Shown: positions 27,987-36,943 of the stretch, in pieces | Position numbering within the stretch: position 1 is the first letter of the stretch | Layout: each line of letters opens with the position of its first letter | Source of the DNA: Candidatus Micrarchaeota archaeon | GTDB lineage: Archaea; Micrarchaeota; Micrarchaeia; Norongarragalinales; Norongarragalinaceae | Reading direction: 5' to 3' | Assembly (NCBI GenBank): GCA_016207165.1 | Contig: JACQQD010000005.1 | Location: 1-64,000 of the forward strand | DNA length: 64,000 nucleotides | Program-made: the position numbers and the translations under genes | Notes under the pieces: model-generated | Databases searched by the model: none | What the model saw: only the letters and a program-made list of their open reading frames with translations | Told to the model about the DNA's origin: nothing

Positions 27987-28719
27987 CCGCCGTTTGCGGC
28001 GTCCAGATGCACAGCGCCAACTCGTATTCCCGAAGCTCGCGCGCCGGCGGCTCTTGGCTTCCGTCCACGTAGACGACTTTGAAGGGAACCCGCACCGCCA
28101 AGACGTCGGAACTAATTTGCGGGTTTTGCGCCGACAGGCACACGCCGGTTTGTCCCACGCCCGAATTCAAAAACGCGGGCTCGTTGGTCACCAGCCGCCG
28201 AAACGGCCTGGAACCCGGCTTGGCCTCGGTCTGGACCGCCAAGCCGGAACGCAACACGTCAAAGCCGTAGGAAAAGCCGGAAAAAGCAAACGGTTTCATG
28301 AGTTCCTTCAAAGCACAATGCATGGCCGTGACCCCCATGACCGGCGTGCCGTCAAACGCGTCATCCAGCTTCTCCGGCGTCTTTTCCGACAAGTCGCGCT
28401 TCAACAAATCCGACACCGTGAAACTCCCCTTGTAGTCCGACAACGCCCGACAGCCTTCCGTGGGGGAGCGCAAGTCCCCGTACACCGGATTGCCGGAGTT
28501 CACATCCTCAGCCACCCGCGTGAGCGTCGAGGCATCCACGTAATACGAGGCCTTGACCACGCTCTGCATGTAATTCAAGACGTACGCCGACCGCATGACG
28601 CGGTCCTGCTGGACGCCAAACGTTCCCACAAACCCGAAAATCATGGCCGCCGACAGCGAAGCCAAAAGAAGAAACGTGATGCCGTCAAACAACGCCGCCT
28701 GCCCCCTGCGTTTTTTCAT
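27976..28719 (-). CDS. Pilin-like protein, class III signal peptide
   Basis: MKKRRG|QAALFDGITFLLL followed by a hydrophobic stretch. Confidence 0.8.
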   Translation of the reverse strand: MKKRRGQAALFDGITFLLLASLSAAMIFGFVGTFGVQQDRVMRSAYVLNYMQSVVKASYYVDASTLTRVAEDVNSGNPVYGDLRSPTEGCRALSDYKGSFTVSDLLKRDLSEKTPEKLDDAFDGTPVMGVTAMHCALKELMKPFAFSGFSYGFDVLRSGLAVQTEAKPGSRPFRRLVTNEPAFLNSGVGQTGVCLSAQNPQISSDVLAVRVPFKVVYVDGSQEPPARELREYELALCIWTPQTAASP

Positions 28720-29270
28720 GCGGTTTTCCCCTTCCATGCCGCCACCGTGATCATTCCCAAACCCCGCAGCGGCAAGTCGCCTTCCGGACACGTGACCGCC
28801 ACCGGGTACGAAAGCGCGACGGCGTGCGCGGGCACGTCCATGATTTGACCCCGCGGCACGCCTTCCACGTTCGTGCAATACATCCAGGTTCGCGCCTGCA
28901 AGTCCCTGGATTCATCCAAGAAGTAGGGGCTTTCCTGAGGCGGCGAGCCCTGTTGATAAATTCGTATGCCTTGGCAGAACCGCTTGACCGTAACCAAGAA
29001 ATTCACGCGGGTGCTGGCCGCAAATTTTTGGAGTTGGTCCTCGCACTTGACGCTCTTGAAGTCCGCCGCGTCGTCAATCAACCCCTTTTCCGTCACGATG
29101 TAGGACAAACCCAAAGCGGCTTTGCGCGTGTCGAGCTGCTGGTTTTTTTCGTCCACCAAATTGTTGGCATACAAGAGGCTGGCGACAAACAACAAAACGC
29201 CGGCGACGATGGGAAAAATGCTGGGCAAATCGTCGCCCAACGGCCCCACGAAGCCCTTCAATTTGGACAT
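28716..29270 (-). CDS. Pilin-like protein, class III-like signal peptide
   Basis: MSKLKG|FVGPLGDDLPSIFPIVAGVLLF; in the pilin operon. Confidence 0.7.
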   Translation of the reverse strand: MSKLKGFVGPLGDDLPSIFPIVAGVLLFVASLLYANNLVDEKNQQLDTRKAALGLSYIVTEKGLIDDAADFKSVKCEDQLQKFAASTRVNFLVTVKRFCQGIRIYQQGSPPQESPYFLDESRDLQARTWMYCTNVEGVPRGQIMDVPAHAVALSYPVAVTCPEGDLPLRGLGMITVAAWKGKTA

Positions 29271-29956
29271 TGCGGCCGGTTCACCCCCTCCACAGCCTCC
29301 CACCCGCAGCACGACGCCACGGGGTTCGTGCTGAGCGCGGCGCCAGAGGCCAGCTCCAAATACGGCGGACAATCCACGTCGGGGTCCACGGTTTGCCCCA
29401 GCGGCGCCGAACACTTGCGCAAAAACAAGTAACTGGGCAACGCCTTCTCCTTGGGGCGGCACTTGGCCAACACCAAGTAATAGTCGCGCACGTAAATGTC
29501 GGAGGGCTTCAACTCAATGATGGTCTGGCCGCCTTGACGCGAGTCCTGCCACAACCGAACCAACGTGTCGGGATCCGCCAGCTTCAGCGACCGGTCATAC
29601 GACGCCGACGCGCCCGCGCTACAGCCTCCGACAGTCAACACGTTGACGACCAGCGAGCCCGTGTCCGGATTGGATTGGGAAACGATGTTGGAAATGTTGA
29701 TGGTGTACCGCTCCAACTGCTTCTGGCCTACGGAAAGGGAAGGCTCCAACGAGAACACTTTGCGTTCGTCCTCCACCGGCGAATTGATGACGTTGATGAT
29801 GGTGGACGCCACGCTTTGCGCGATGGCGTTGGCCTGCGTCCGGCAAATCGCCTGCTTTTCCGTGTCCGTGAAGCTCACCATGATGACAGCCAACAAAATG
29901 ATGAAAAACACCATGGCAAACTTGGTGAGCATCCATAAAGCGATTTGCGCCCGCAT
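29258..29956 (-). CDS. Pilin-like protein, class III signal peptide
   Basis: MRA|QIALWMLTKFAMVFFIILL; Cys-rich C-terminus. Confidence 0.75.
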   Translation of the reverse strand: MRAQIALWMLTKFAMVFFIILLAVIMVSFTDTEKQAICRTQANAIAQSVASTIINVINSPVEDERKVFSLEPSLSVGQKQLERYTINISNIVSQSNPDTGSLVVNVLTVGGCSAGASASYDRSLKLADPDTLVRLWQDSRQGGQTIIELKPSDIYVRDYYLVLAKCRPKEKALPSYLFLRKCSAPLGQTVDPDVDCPPYLELASGAALSTNPVASCCGWEAVEGVNRPQCPN

Positions 29957-30033
29957 GAAAGAAGCCAAGGAAAACGCGTATTAAATGCATCCGCTTGGTG
30001 CGTGAACGCCTCTCCTTTTTTTCGAGGGGGTCG

Positions 30034-30684
30034 TCAGGCCACGGGTTCGGCGCACACCTTGATTTCCGCGTTCTCAAAGCCCAAACCCGAACTGGACACG
30101 TCTTTCCGCAACGTGATGAGGTAATGGCGGGCCCCGTCGTCGCCGCGCCCCAACGTCTGCCACACGGAATTCTGCAAGGCGCCCGACGACAAGCCCAACT
30201 GTCGGTCCGAGCAACCCGACAAGCCCTGGGGGCACGCGTGGTTGGTCAACGCCGCACAGTTTTGTCCCGCGTCCGGATTGATGGACACGCGTTGCGCCGG
30301 CAAGTCCACGCACACCACGGCGTCATTTAACTGCACCAGCCCGTCGGCGGTGCGCGCCAAGGGAATGATCTGCCAGCAACCGTTGTACGCCCCAGGACAC
30401 CGCTTGCAAAACTGGGGGGAGGTGAACTTGACGAACTGGACGGCTTCCACGGTCTTGTCCCCGCAACGCGGCATGTAAAACCGCACCGTCTTCTGGGTGC
30501 CCGTGGAACCCAGTCCCACATCCAAAATGGCTTGCTGGAGTTGCTGGGTCTGGGACTTGAGTTCGTTGATGCATTTTCCTTCATTCGTCGAATTGATGAC
30601 GAAAAACGCCAAACCCATGCTCATCACCAAAATAATGATGGCAATCACCAACTCGATGGGCGCGTCAACCTGGCCTCGGGCCAT
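30034..30684 (-). CDS. Pilin-like protein, class III signal peptide
   Basis: MARG|QVDAPIELVIAIIILV; Cys-rich. Confidence 0.8.
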   Translation of the reverse strand: MARGQVDAPIELVIAIIILVMSMGLAFFVINSTNEGKCINELKSQTQQLQQAILDVGLGSTGTQKTVRFYMPRCGDKTVEAVQFVKFTSPQFCKRCPGAYNGCWQIIPLARTADGLVQLNDAVVCVDLPAQRVSINPDAGQNCAALTNHACPQGLSGCSDRQLGLSSGALQNSVWQTLGRGDDGARHYLITLRKDVSSSGLGFENAEIKVCAEPVA

Positions 30685-30688
30685 AAAC

Positions 30689-30928
30689 CTAACCGTCCCT
30701 CCACGCGGAAGGCAAAACCAAAAAGCGAGCCAGCAAGCGCCGAAACAGCGGCGCCGGGAAGAACAGCAAGAACACGAGGGAACGGGACGCCGTTTTGGCC
30801 TCCTGTTCGGCCAGTTCAGCCGTGGTGGCCGCCTGCTTGAACAAGGGCTTGACGAACGTGACCAACAAGACGGCGGCAATGGCTAGAACCACCAAAAGAT
30901 ACATGGGGGCCCACTCGCTTCCACGCAT
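30689..30928 (-). CDS. Short pilin-like protein
   Basis: MRG|SEWAPMYLLVVLAIAAVLLV. Confidence 0.65.
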   Translation of the reverse strand: MRGSEWAPMYLLVVLAIAAVLLVTFVKPLFKQAATTAELAEQEAKTASRSLVFLLFFPAPLFRRLLARFLVLPSAWRDG

Positions 30929-30986
30929 AAGGGAAGGAAAGAAAAAGGAATAGAAAAGGGTTGCGGCCCACTTGGGCCACAACGCA

Positions 30987-31466
30987 TTACTGGATGTTGC
31001 AGGCGTCGCGGCACGCGTCGCGCGAGTCGGACGGCTGGCGCCCAACGCCGACGCAGTAGTTCGGCGTGTCCTTGGATTCGTCGCCGCACACCACGATGAA
31101 CGCTTTGGTGTTCTTGTTGACGGTAATGTCCTTGTCGGTGACTTCAATGGCGGCATCCTTGCCGGAACCACACACCGTGTTGCCGGACTCGCAGCCGAAC
31201 GCCAGCTGGTTGGCCAAAATCGGGGCGTCCCCAATCACGGAGCGCTGGTCAATGTAGGACCCGGTTTTAAACTCCGCTTCCTTGGGCTGGGAAAAGCCGT
31301 ACCCCGCGGAATTGATGCTTTTCAGCTCGGTTTTCATGATTTCCTTGGGGTCGCCCACGCCAAAGGACACGCCGCCCAAGATGTTCAAGAGCACGCCCAA
31401 AATGGCGATGGCGACAATAACTGAAATGACCAGCATCATGGTTTCGAATGCTTGACCGCGTTTCAT
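30987..31466 (-). CDS. Probable major type IV pilin
   Basis: MKRG|QAFETMMLVISVIVAIAILGVLL; strong GAGGTG SD; first pilin of the cluster. Confidence 0.82.
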   Translation of the reverse strand: MKRGQAFETMMLVISVIVAIAILGVLLNILGGVSFGVGDPKEIMKTELKSINSAGYGFSQPKEAEFKTGSYIDQRSVIGDAPILANQLAFGCESGNTVCGSGKDAAIEVTDKDITVNKNTKAFIVVCGDESKDTPNYCVGVGRQPSDSRDACRDACNIQ

Positions 31467-31522
31467 GAACACAACACCTCAAATGGGGACGTGCAGGCAT
31501 TACAGTCCGGGTTTTTTTAAAC

Positions 31523-33823
31523 CTATCCGCCCGTGAAAAAGCCGCCCGTGAAGTAGACCGTCAGGCAATACAGGCCTACCGCCAAGGGCAGCGTCTTGGC
31601 AATGGACGTGTACGTGTGCAGTTCGTTGCCCGTGTCCTCGATTTGCGAGTTGAAGTACGTGAGAAGGAAAACGATTTGCATGACGTAAACCCCCAAAATC
31701 AAGATGAAGGCCCCCGGCTCCGCCGCCGACGCCAACGCCTTGGCGGAAAACAATTGGTTCAACCCGCCGCCGCCACCCAATCCGCCCAATCCTCCGACGT
31801 CCGCCGCCGCGCCCGCCTCCACGCCGGAACTGGCCTGGGACGCGATAGAAGAAATGATGAGGCGCTGCATGGCCGACACGACGCCCAAGACGATGGGGGC
31901 GACAAACGCGGACATGGTCGACAGCATGACGGTCACGTCCTGCAACAACTTCCGCAGCGACTCGTTGATTTTTTCCGCGTTTCGAAGCTGCAGGGACAGC
32001 GAAATGAGGGATTTGGAGGCCACGTTCACGCCCAAGTCCACGGAGTCCACCAAGAAACGCATGCCGCTGCGGATGATTTGCGAGGGGATGTAACGCAACG
32101 CTCCAAACGTTCGGTCAAAAATCGCGGTTTCAAGGGTCATGCCCAAATTCGAAATGTTCTCCACCACGCGGCGGAACACTTGCCGTCCAATTTGGCTTTT
32201 GGGCATGAAAGAGACGGAGGCGCGCATGGCCTCCTCGATGGGCTTGTTCTCGCCCATGCGGCTGGCCAGGACGTACATGGCGTCTTTGAACTCGGATTCC
32301 ATGGCGCGGACGTCGTCTTGGACCTTTTTTCGCGCGGCGTACTTGCCCAAGAAAAAGACGGAGATGGCCACCGAGACGCCCATGAGGAATCCAAACAACG
32401 TGAATTGGCCGATGAAGAGCCCGAATTGAAGCGCCGCAAAGCGGAGGTGGGGAATGGATTGCACTTCCGTGGCCAACGCCTCGTTTCTTCGGACTCGCTC
32501 GTTTTGAGGCGCCGCCAGCACGGCGAGGTTGTCCAGCAATTCCGACTGCCGCTCGGCGGGAGTGACTAAGTACGTGGGAATGGCGCCCAGGGTGCCGGTG
32601 ATCTGGAACGGATCCGGTTGCGCACCGCCGGAAGGCGGGTTGACCAAACGCATGGCCGGCAAGTACAACGCGGAATTGAACGCGTCCTGGGTGGCGCCGA
32701 TGTCCGTATAGTAACCCAGGCCGACGCCGCCGACAATCAGAAGCAAGGCGAAGAAACGGAACGGCAGAGTCATGCCCATCACCCGCACGGACCCCTTGGG
32801 CGGCAGGCCGGGAAAGTTTTCCGGAATCTTGGGCGGCGTGCTGGTGGGCGGCTTGTTGGAAATGATGCTTTTTCCGAACACGAAGACCATGAGCGGAATG
32901 AGCAGGTTGTACATGACGAACAAAAATTCGGCTTTGGCGATGTCCGCGTTGTTGGCCAGGCTGGAACCAATGGGCAACAGAATCGCCATCAACAAGGGCA
33001 GCAGAATGCCGAAGTAGTACAGGTAGACGGTGGGTTGCTGGAGTTTGCGGGCGTACAAATCCATTTTTTCCTTGCTTCCCTCCAAAACGTCTTGGCCGGC
33101 CTTGTCAAGCAACGCGAGCCGGCGCTCGGCGTTGGCTTCCAGGACCGAGGCGCGGATCATCATCAACGCGTGCTTGAAGTCCTCGTTGTAGGAACCCCAC
33201 CGGTACGCCAACTCGTCGAGGCCCTCTTCCACGGATTCGTAGCGGCCCAACTGGACGTCCCACACGATTTTCTTGAGGTCTTCCGCGATCTTGCCGCGTC
33301 CGTGGGAGGCCGCGAACTCCACGGCTTTTTCCAGGTTGGGCGTCAACCGCATGCTCATGGTCAAATAGTTGACGATTTCCGGCACGTACGCCAGCGCCAG
33401 AATTTTTTCCCGCTCAACCAGGGAAAGGGGTTGCTTCTTGTAGACGTACGACGCCAGGATGGGCAACAGCAAGAACACGCCGGAAATACCGGCCTGGAAC
33501 ATGAATGGCAGCGAGGAAAAAACGAAGATGACCGCCGCCAGCGCCAAGCCGACCAGCATGCCGGTGCTTTGGATGCCGCGCGCCACGGCGTAGTACTCTT
33601 CCGCGGACACGTCGTAGCCCAGAAACGCAAATGCCTCCGCCTCGTCGTCGGTGAACTTGGCTCCCCGCCCCGAAGACCTGAAGAGTTTGGCGAACCGCTT
33701 CGTGAACGTGACAAAGCCGGGGATTGGCGGCGGCTTGTAGGCGTCCTCTTGTATGTCGACGTACGGTTGGGAGTACAAGGACTCGGGCTTGGAGTCTTTC
33801 TTTTTGTTGGGCCGGGCCGCCAT
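31523..33823 (-). CDS. Type IV pilus membrane platform protein (TadC/ArlJ/GspF-like, two domains)
   Basis: Multiple TMs; two TadC-like segments (NLEKAVEFAA; PIEEAMR); downstream of the secretion ATPase. Confidence 0.85.
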   Translation of the reverse strand: MAARPNKKKDSKPESLYSQPYVDIQEDAYKPPPIPGFVTFTKRFAKLFRSSGRGAKFTDDEAEAFAFLGYDVSAEEYYAVARGIQSTGMLVGLALAAVIFVFSSLPFMFQAGISGVFLLLPILASYVYKKQPLSLVEREKILALAYVPEIVNYLTMSMRLTPNLEKAVEFAASHGRGKIAEDLKKIVWDVQLGRYESVEEGLDELAYRWGSYNEDFKHALMMIRASVLEANAERRLALLDKAGQDVLEGSKEKMDLYARKLQQPTVYLYYFGILLPLLMAILLPIGSSLANNADIAKAEFLFVMYNLLIPLMVFVFGKSIISNKPPTSTPPKIPENFPGLPPKGSVRVMGMTLPFRFFALLLIVGGVGLGYYTDIGATQDAFNSALYLPAMRLVNPPSGGAQPDPFQITGTLGAIPTYLVTPAERQSELLDNLAVLAAPQNERVRRNEALATEVQSIPHLRFAALQFGLFIGQFTLFGFLMGVSVAISVFFLGKYAARKKVQDDVRAMESEFKDAMYVLASRMGENKPIEEAMRASVSFMPKSQIGRQVFRRVVENISNLGMTLETAIFDRTFGALRYIPSQIIRSGMRFLVDSVDLGVNVASKSLISLSLQLRNAEKINESLRKLLQDVTVMLSTMSAFVAPIVLGVVSAMQRLIISSIASQASSGVEAGAAADVGGLGGLGGGGGLNQLFSAKALASAAEPGAFILILGVYVMQIVFLLTYFNSQIEDTGNELHTYTSIAKTLPLAVGLYCLTVYFTGGFFTGG

Positions 33824-33851
33824 AACCACCCAAAGCACGGATTGCCGCGAT

Positions 33852-34634
33852 TTAAGCACTTCGATTTTTGGTTCGCGGCAAGCGGATGCGTTCGATGACT
33901 TGATGGCTCCAGCCGGGGCGCGCGTAATTGGCCATGGCCAAAAGCAAGCGGACACCCAAGCCGGGCAGGTTGTTCCACACAGGGTTCATGCCGCCACCTC
34001 CCGGCGCCAGGTTCTTGGCGACATCAATGCCTGCCGAAATCACGGTCCAGCGCTTGGCGGCTTTTTTATCGCCTAACACCGCGGCCACCGGCACGGCGAC
34101 TTGAGGGGACGCCGGCGCGACGCCCTGGTCCAGCTGGCGGGCAGCGGCCTTGTACTCCGCCAAAAAGACGGCCGCCGTCAATCCCATGTGAGCCAAGGTG
34201 GCGTTAAACGGCGTAAGTTCCATGAACTTGGGATCCATGCCGTGTTTTTGCGCCAGCGCGGCAAGTCCCAATACTAAGGCATAGTTCACGCCAGCCTGAA
34301 ACGCGCTGGCGCCCAACGTCTTTTTCAGTTCCGGCCAGCGTGTTGGAAACTCGTTTTGAATGGCTCGGATTTCAGCGGCCAAACGGGTTTTGGCGAAACG
34401 ACTCTTGTCGGAATACAGCAGGCCGTGAAAATAGGCTTGCATGCCACGGCGTTGCTTGGAAGACAGCTTGGCTCCAGTTTTCTCTTCAAACGCCTGGACG
34501 AGTTCCTCGTGCAATACGGGCTTGGCAGACGCGGCGTGTGCGGAAGCCAAGCCAACGGGGCCTCCGACTCCCGCAAACGCGGCATGTCCCAACACGTGCA
34601 AATGTGTTTCCGCAATCCTTCGTTCCAACGCCAC
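33852..34634 (-). CDS. Hypothetical membrane protein between the pilus ATPase and platform genes
   Basis: GTG start immediately after the ATPase stop; hydrophobic segments; no motif. Confidence 0.55.
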   Translation of the reverse strand: MALERRIAETHLHVLGHAAFAGVGGPVGLASAHAASAKPVLHEELVQAFEEKTGAKLSSKQRRGMQAYFHGLLYSDKSRFAKTRLAAEIRAIQNEFPTRWPELKKTLGASAFQAGVNYALVLGLAALAQKHGMDPKFMELTPFNATLAHMGLTAAVFLAEYKAAARQLDQGVAPASPQVAVPVAAVLGDKKAAKRWTVISAGIDVAKNLAPGGGGMNPVWNNLPGLGVRLLLAMANYARPGWSHQVIERIRLPRTKNRSA

Positions 34635-34635
34635 G

Positions 34636-36897
34636 TCATTGCACCGGTTGGTTTTGTTGGACGAGGTCTTTGACCAGGTTGTCGTCCACCCATTTCTTCC
34701 ATTGCGGAACCAGGGTCTTGTAGTCCACGGCCCCGATTTCCTGGCGTTGGGCCTCCGACAACAACAGATACTTGTTGTGGGCGCGCACCGCGTAGTCCGC
34801 CTCCAAAAGCCGGGGCACGTTGAACTTGTTTTTCTGGTCCACGAGGTATTGTTTGGTGGCTCCCCGGGCGGACATTTCGCTCCAAACGGCATCAAAATCC
34901 AGGCCACGCATGCGTTTGACTTTGTTCAGCCACGCGGATTTTTCGCGGATGGCGTCCTGGAACACGTCCAACTTGTCTTTGTTGGCGTCGAAATTCAGCC
35001 AGTTCAAAAAACCGTCTTCTTTTCCGGGGTCACTAGTCCAGTCCTTCATGACTTCCGTGACCTCGATTAACCGGCGGTGGCGCTTAATGGAGCCCTTGAA
35101 GCGAATCGGCGCGGACACCAAGCAAAAGTCCGTGGCTTTAAACGACGTGGTGGGCACCCCCAAGTCGTTGACCACGCGGTCCCAGATACTGTAGGCTGAC
35201 TCTCCATGGATGGTGCCCATGACGACGTTGCCAACAGCCCCAACCCGCATGGCCTCATAAAGTGCCGACGCCTCTTTACTGCGAACTTCCCCCACGATCA
35301 GCACCGAGTCACCCAACCGAAGCGCGGTGCGAAGCGCGTCTTCGGCGGAAACCTCGCTTTCCGTTCCACCCCCAAGCGGCGGGCGCGTCTTCATGCGCTG
35401 GATGTTCAACCCCAAAGACTTCATTTGCGGCACAGGCAATTCCTGGGTGTCTTCCTGCACGAGGATTCTGAGGTTCTGGGGGATTTCCAGCATCAAACTT
35501 TGCAATTGGGACGTTTTTCCAGAACCCCTTGAACCCACGATGAGCATGGAGGCCTGCGCGTCCACGAAAAACGACATCATTCCCGCGGTAAGGGGGTCGT
35601 ACATTTTCGCGTCCACGAACTGCGCCAGCGTCCACGGCGTCTCTTTGTGCAACCGGAGCGCGAACGCGATGCCGTCAAGGGCCAAGGGTTTCCCGATGAC
35701 GGCCACGCGCGTCTGGAGGTCCTCCAAGTCGAAGTCCAAAATGGGGTGCGCCTCGTCAAAAGGCCGTCCCGAAAGCGCCCGGAAGCGCGAGACGATGGAG
35801 CGCGCCTCTTCATGGCTGAAAATGATGTTGGTCTGGCATTGGCCGTACTTGGAGTGCACCAGGTACACGGGTTTGACGCCCAACGGAGAGTCGATGTAGA
35901 CGTCGGTGAGCCGCCGGTCGGACAACAAGATTTCCAGGATGCCGTAGCCGATGGTGTAGCGCGCGACGATTCCGGCAAGCTCCTCTTTTTCCTCGACGCT
36001 CAAGTCGATATTGTTTTTCATGGCCAAATCCGCGATGGTCGCCACATAGACTTTCCGGAAGTACTTGCGGGCTTGGGTGATGTCCATGAATTGCACGGAG
36101 TCAGGCCGGTGCTGGGCCACGACTTCCTTGGTTTTTTCCAGCAAGAAGTATTTCTCTGGCGGCAGGCTGTATTCGGGCGGGTTGATGAAGTACAAGTACT
36201 CGACTTTGTCGGGATGCTTGTAGAGGTAGATGTTCGTTCCAGCGACGTCGTACTGGTCGACCAACTCCAAATCCTCGGTGGACGTAAAGAAAATGCGGGA
36301 ACCGATGAAGGAGGGCTTGATGGCCGACTCGAAAAACGCGTGGTACGCCGCCCGGCCTTCCGGAATCGAGCCTAACTGCGCCAAATAGCCTTTCATTTGC
36401 TGGATCAAATCAAGACCCTCCATTTTCTGGCGCATGAAATTCAACGTGCCCATGTATACGTTGAGGTCGTCAGGGCTGGAAGCGGAGGCGACTTTGCCGG
36501 AGGTGTCCTTGATTTCCTGGATCAGCGTCATGTACGACTTGAATGGGTCGGCTCGAAGCAGGTTCATTACGCGCAAGACGGCGTCGTGGCGTGGCCCCAA
36601 CGTCTTGGACTCCGTGGTTTTCCCCAAGTGCGACGGACTCCAGACGGCGTCGGCTTCCAAGGCGTTGACCAAGTCGGCGACTTGCCGCAACCAATTGGTT
36701 TGCTTTTCGTCGTAGATGCGTTCGTAGTATTCGCTCAGGACGACTTCGTCGGCGTCCAGTTCCCGGAGTTTCTCGATGACGTCGCTCATGGCTTCCGGAT
36801 ACTGCGCCAAGTCAGGCCCCCAAGCGAGCCCCCGGTAGTCGATGACCAGCCTCTTGCGCCCGCCCTCGCTTTTGACCACAGCCTGGCCCGGTGCCAT
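34636..36897 (-). CDS. Type II/IV secretion ATPase (TadA/VirB11/ArlI family)
   Basis: GSRGSGKT Walker A, EDTQEL Asp box, ALRLGDSVLIVGEVR Walker B, GTIHG His box. Confidence 0.93.
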   Translation of the reverse strand: MAPGQAVVKSEGGRKRLVIDYRGLAWGPDLAQYPEAMSDVIEKLRELDADEVVLSEYYERIYDEKQTNWLRQVADLVNALEADAVWSPSHLGKTTESKTLGPRHDAVLRVMNLLRADPFKSYMTLIQEIKDTSGKVASASSPDDLNVYMGTLNFMRQKMEGLDLIQQMKGYLAQLGSIPEGRAAYHAFFESAIKPSFIGSRIFFTSTEDLELVDQYDVAGTNIYLYKHPDKVEYLYFINPPEYSLPPEKYFLLEKTKEVVAQHRPDSVQFMDITQARKYFRKVYVATIADLAMKNNIDLSVEEKEELAGIVARYTIGYGILEILLSDRRLTDVYIDSPLGVKPVYLVHSKYGQCQTNIIFSHEEARSIVSRFRALSGRPFDEAHPILDFDLEDLQTRVAVIGKPLALDGIAFALRLHKETPWTLAQFVDAKMYDPLTAGMMSFFVDAQASMLIVGSRGSGKTSQLQSLMLEIPQNLRILVQEDTQELPVPQMKSLGLNIQRMKTRPPLGGGTESEVSAEDALRTALRLGDSVLIVGEVRSKEASALYEAMRVGAVGNVVMGTIHGESAYSIWDRVVNDLGVPTTSFKATDFCLVSAPIRFKGSIKRHRRLIEVTEVMKDWTSDPGKEDGFLNWLNFDANKDKLDVFQDAIREKSAWLNKVKRMRGLDFDAVWSEMSARGATKQYLVDQKNKFNVPRLLEADYAVRAHNKYLLLSEAQRQEIGAVDYKTLVPQWKKWVDDNLVKDLVQQNQPVQ

Positions 36898-36943
36898 GAC
36901 AGGGACAACGCCGTCAAACTATATAAGAATCAAGGCTTTTTGC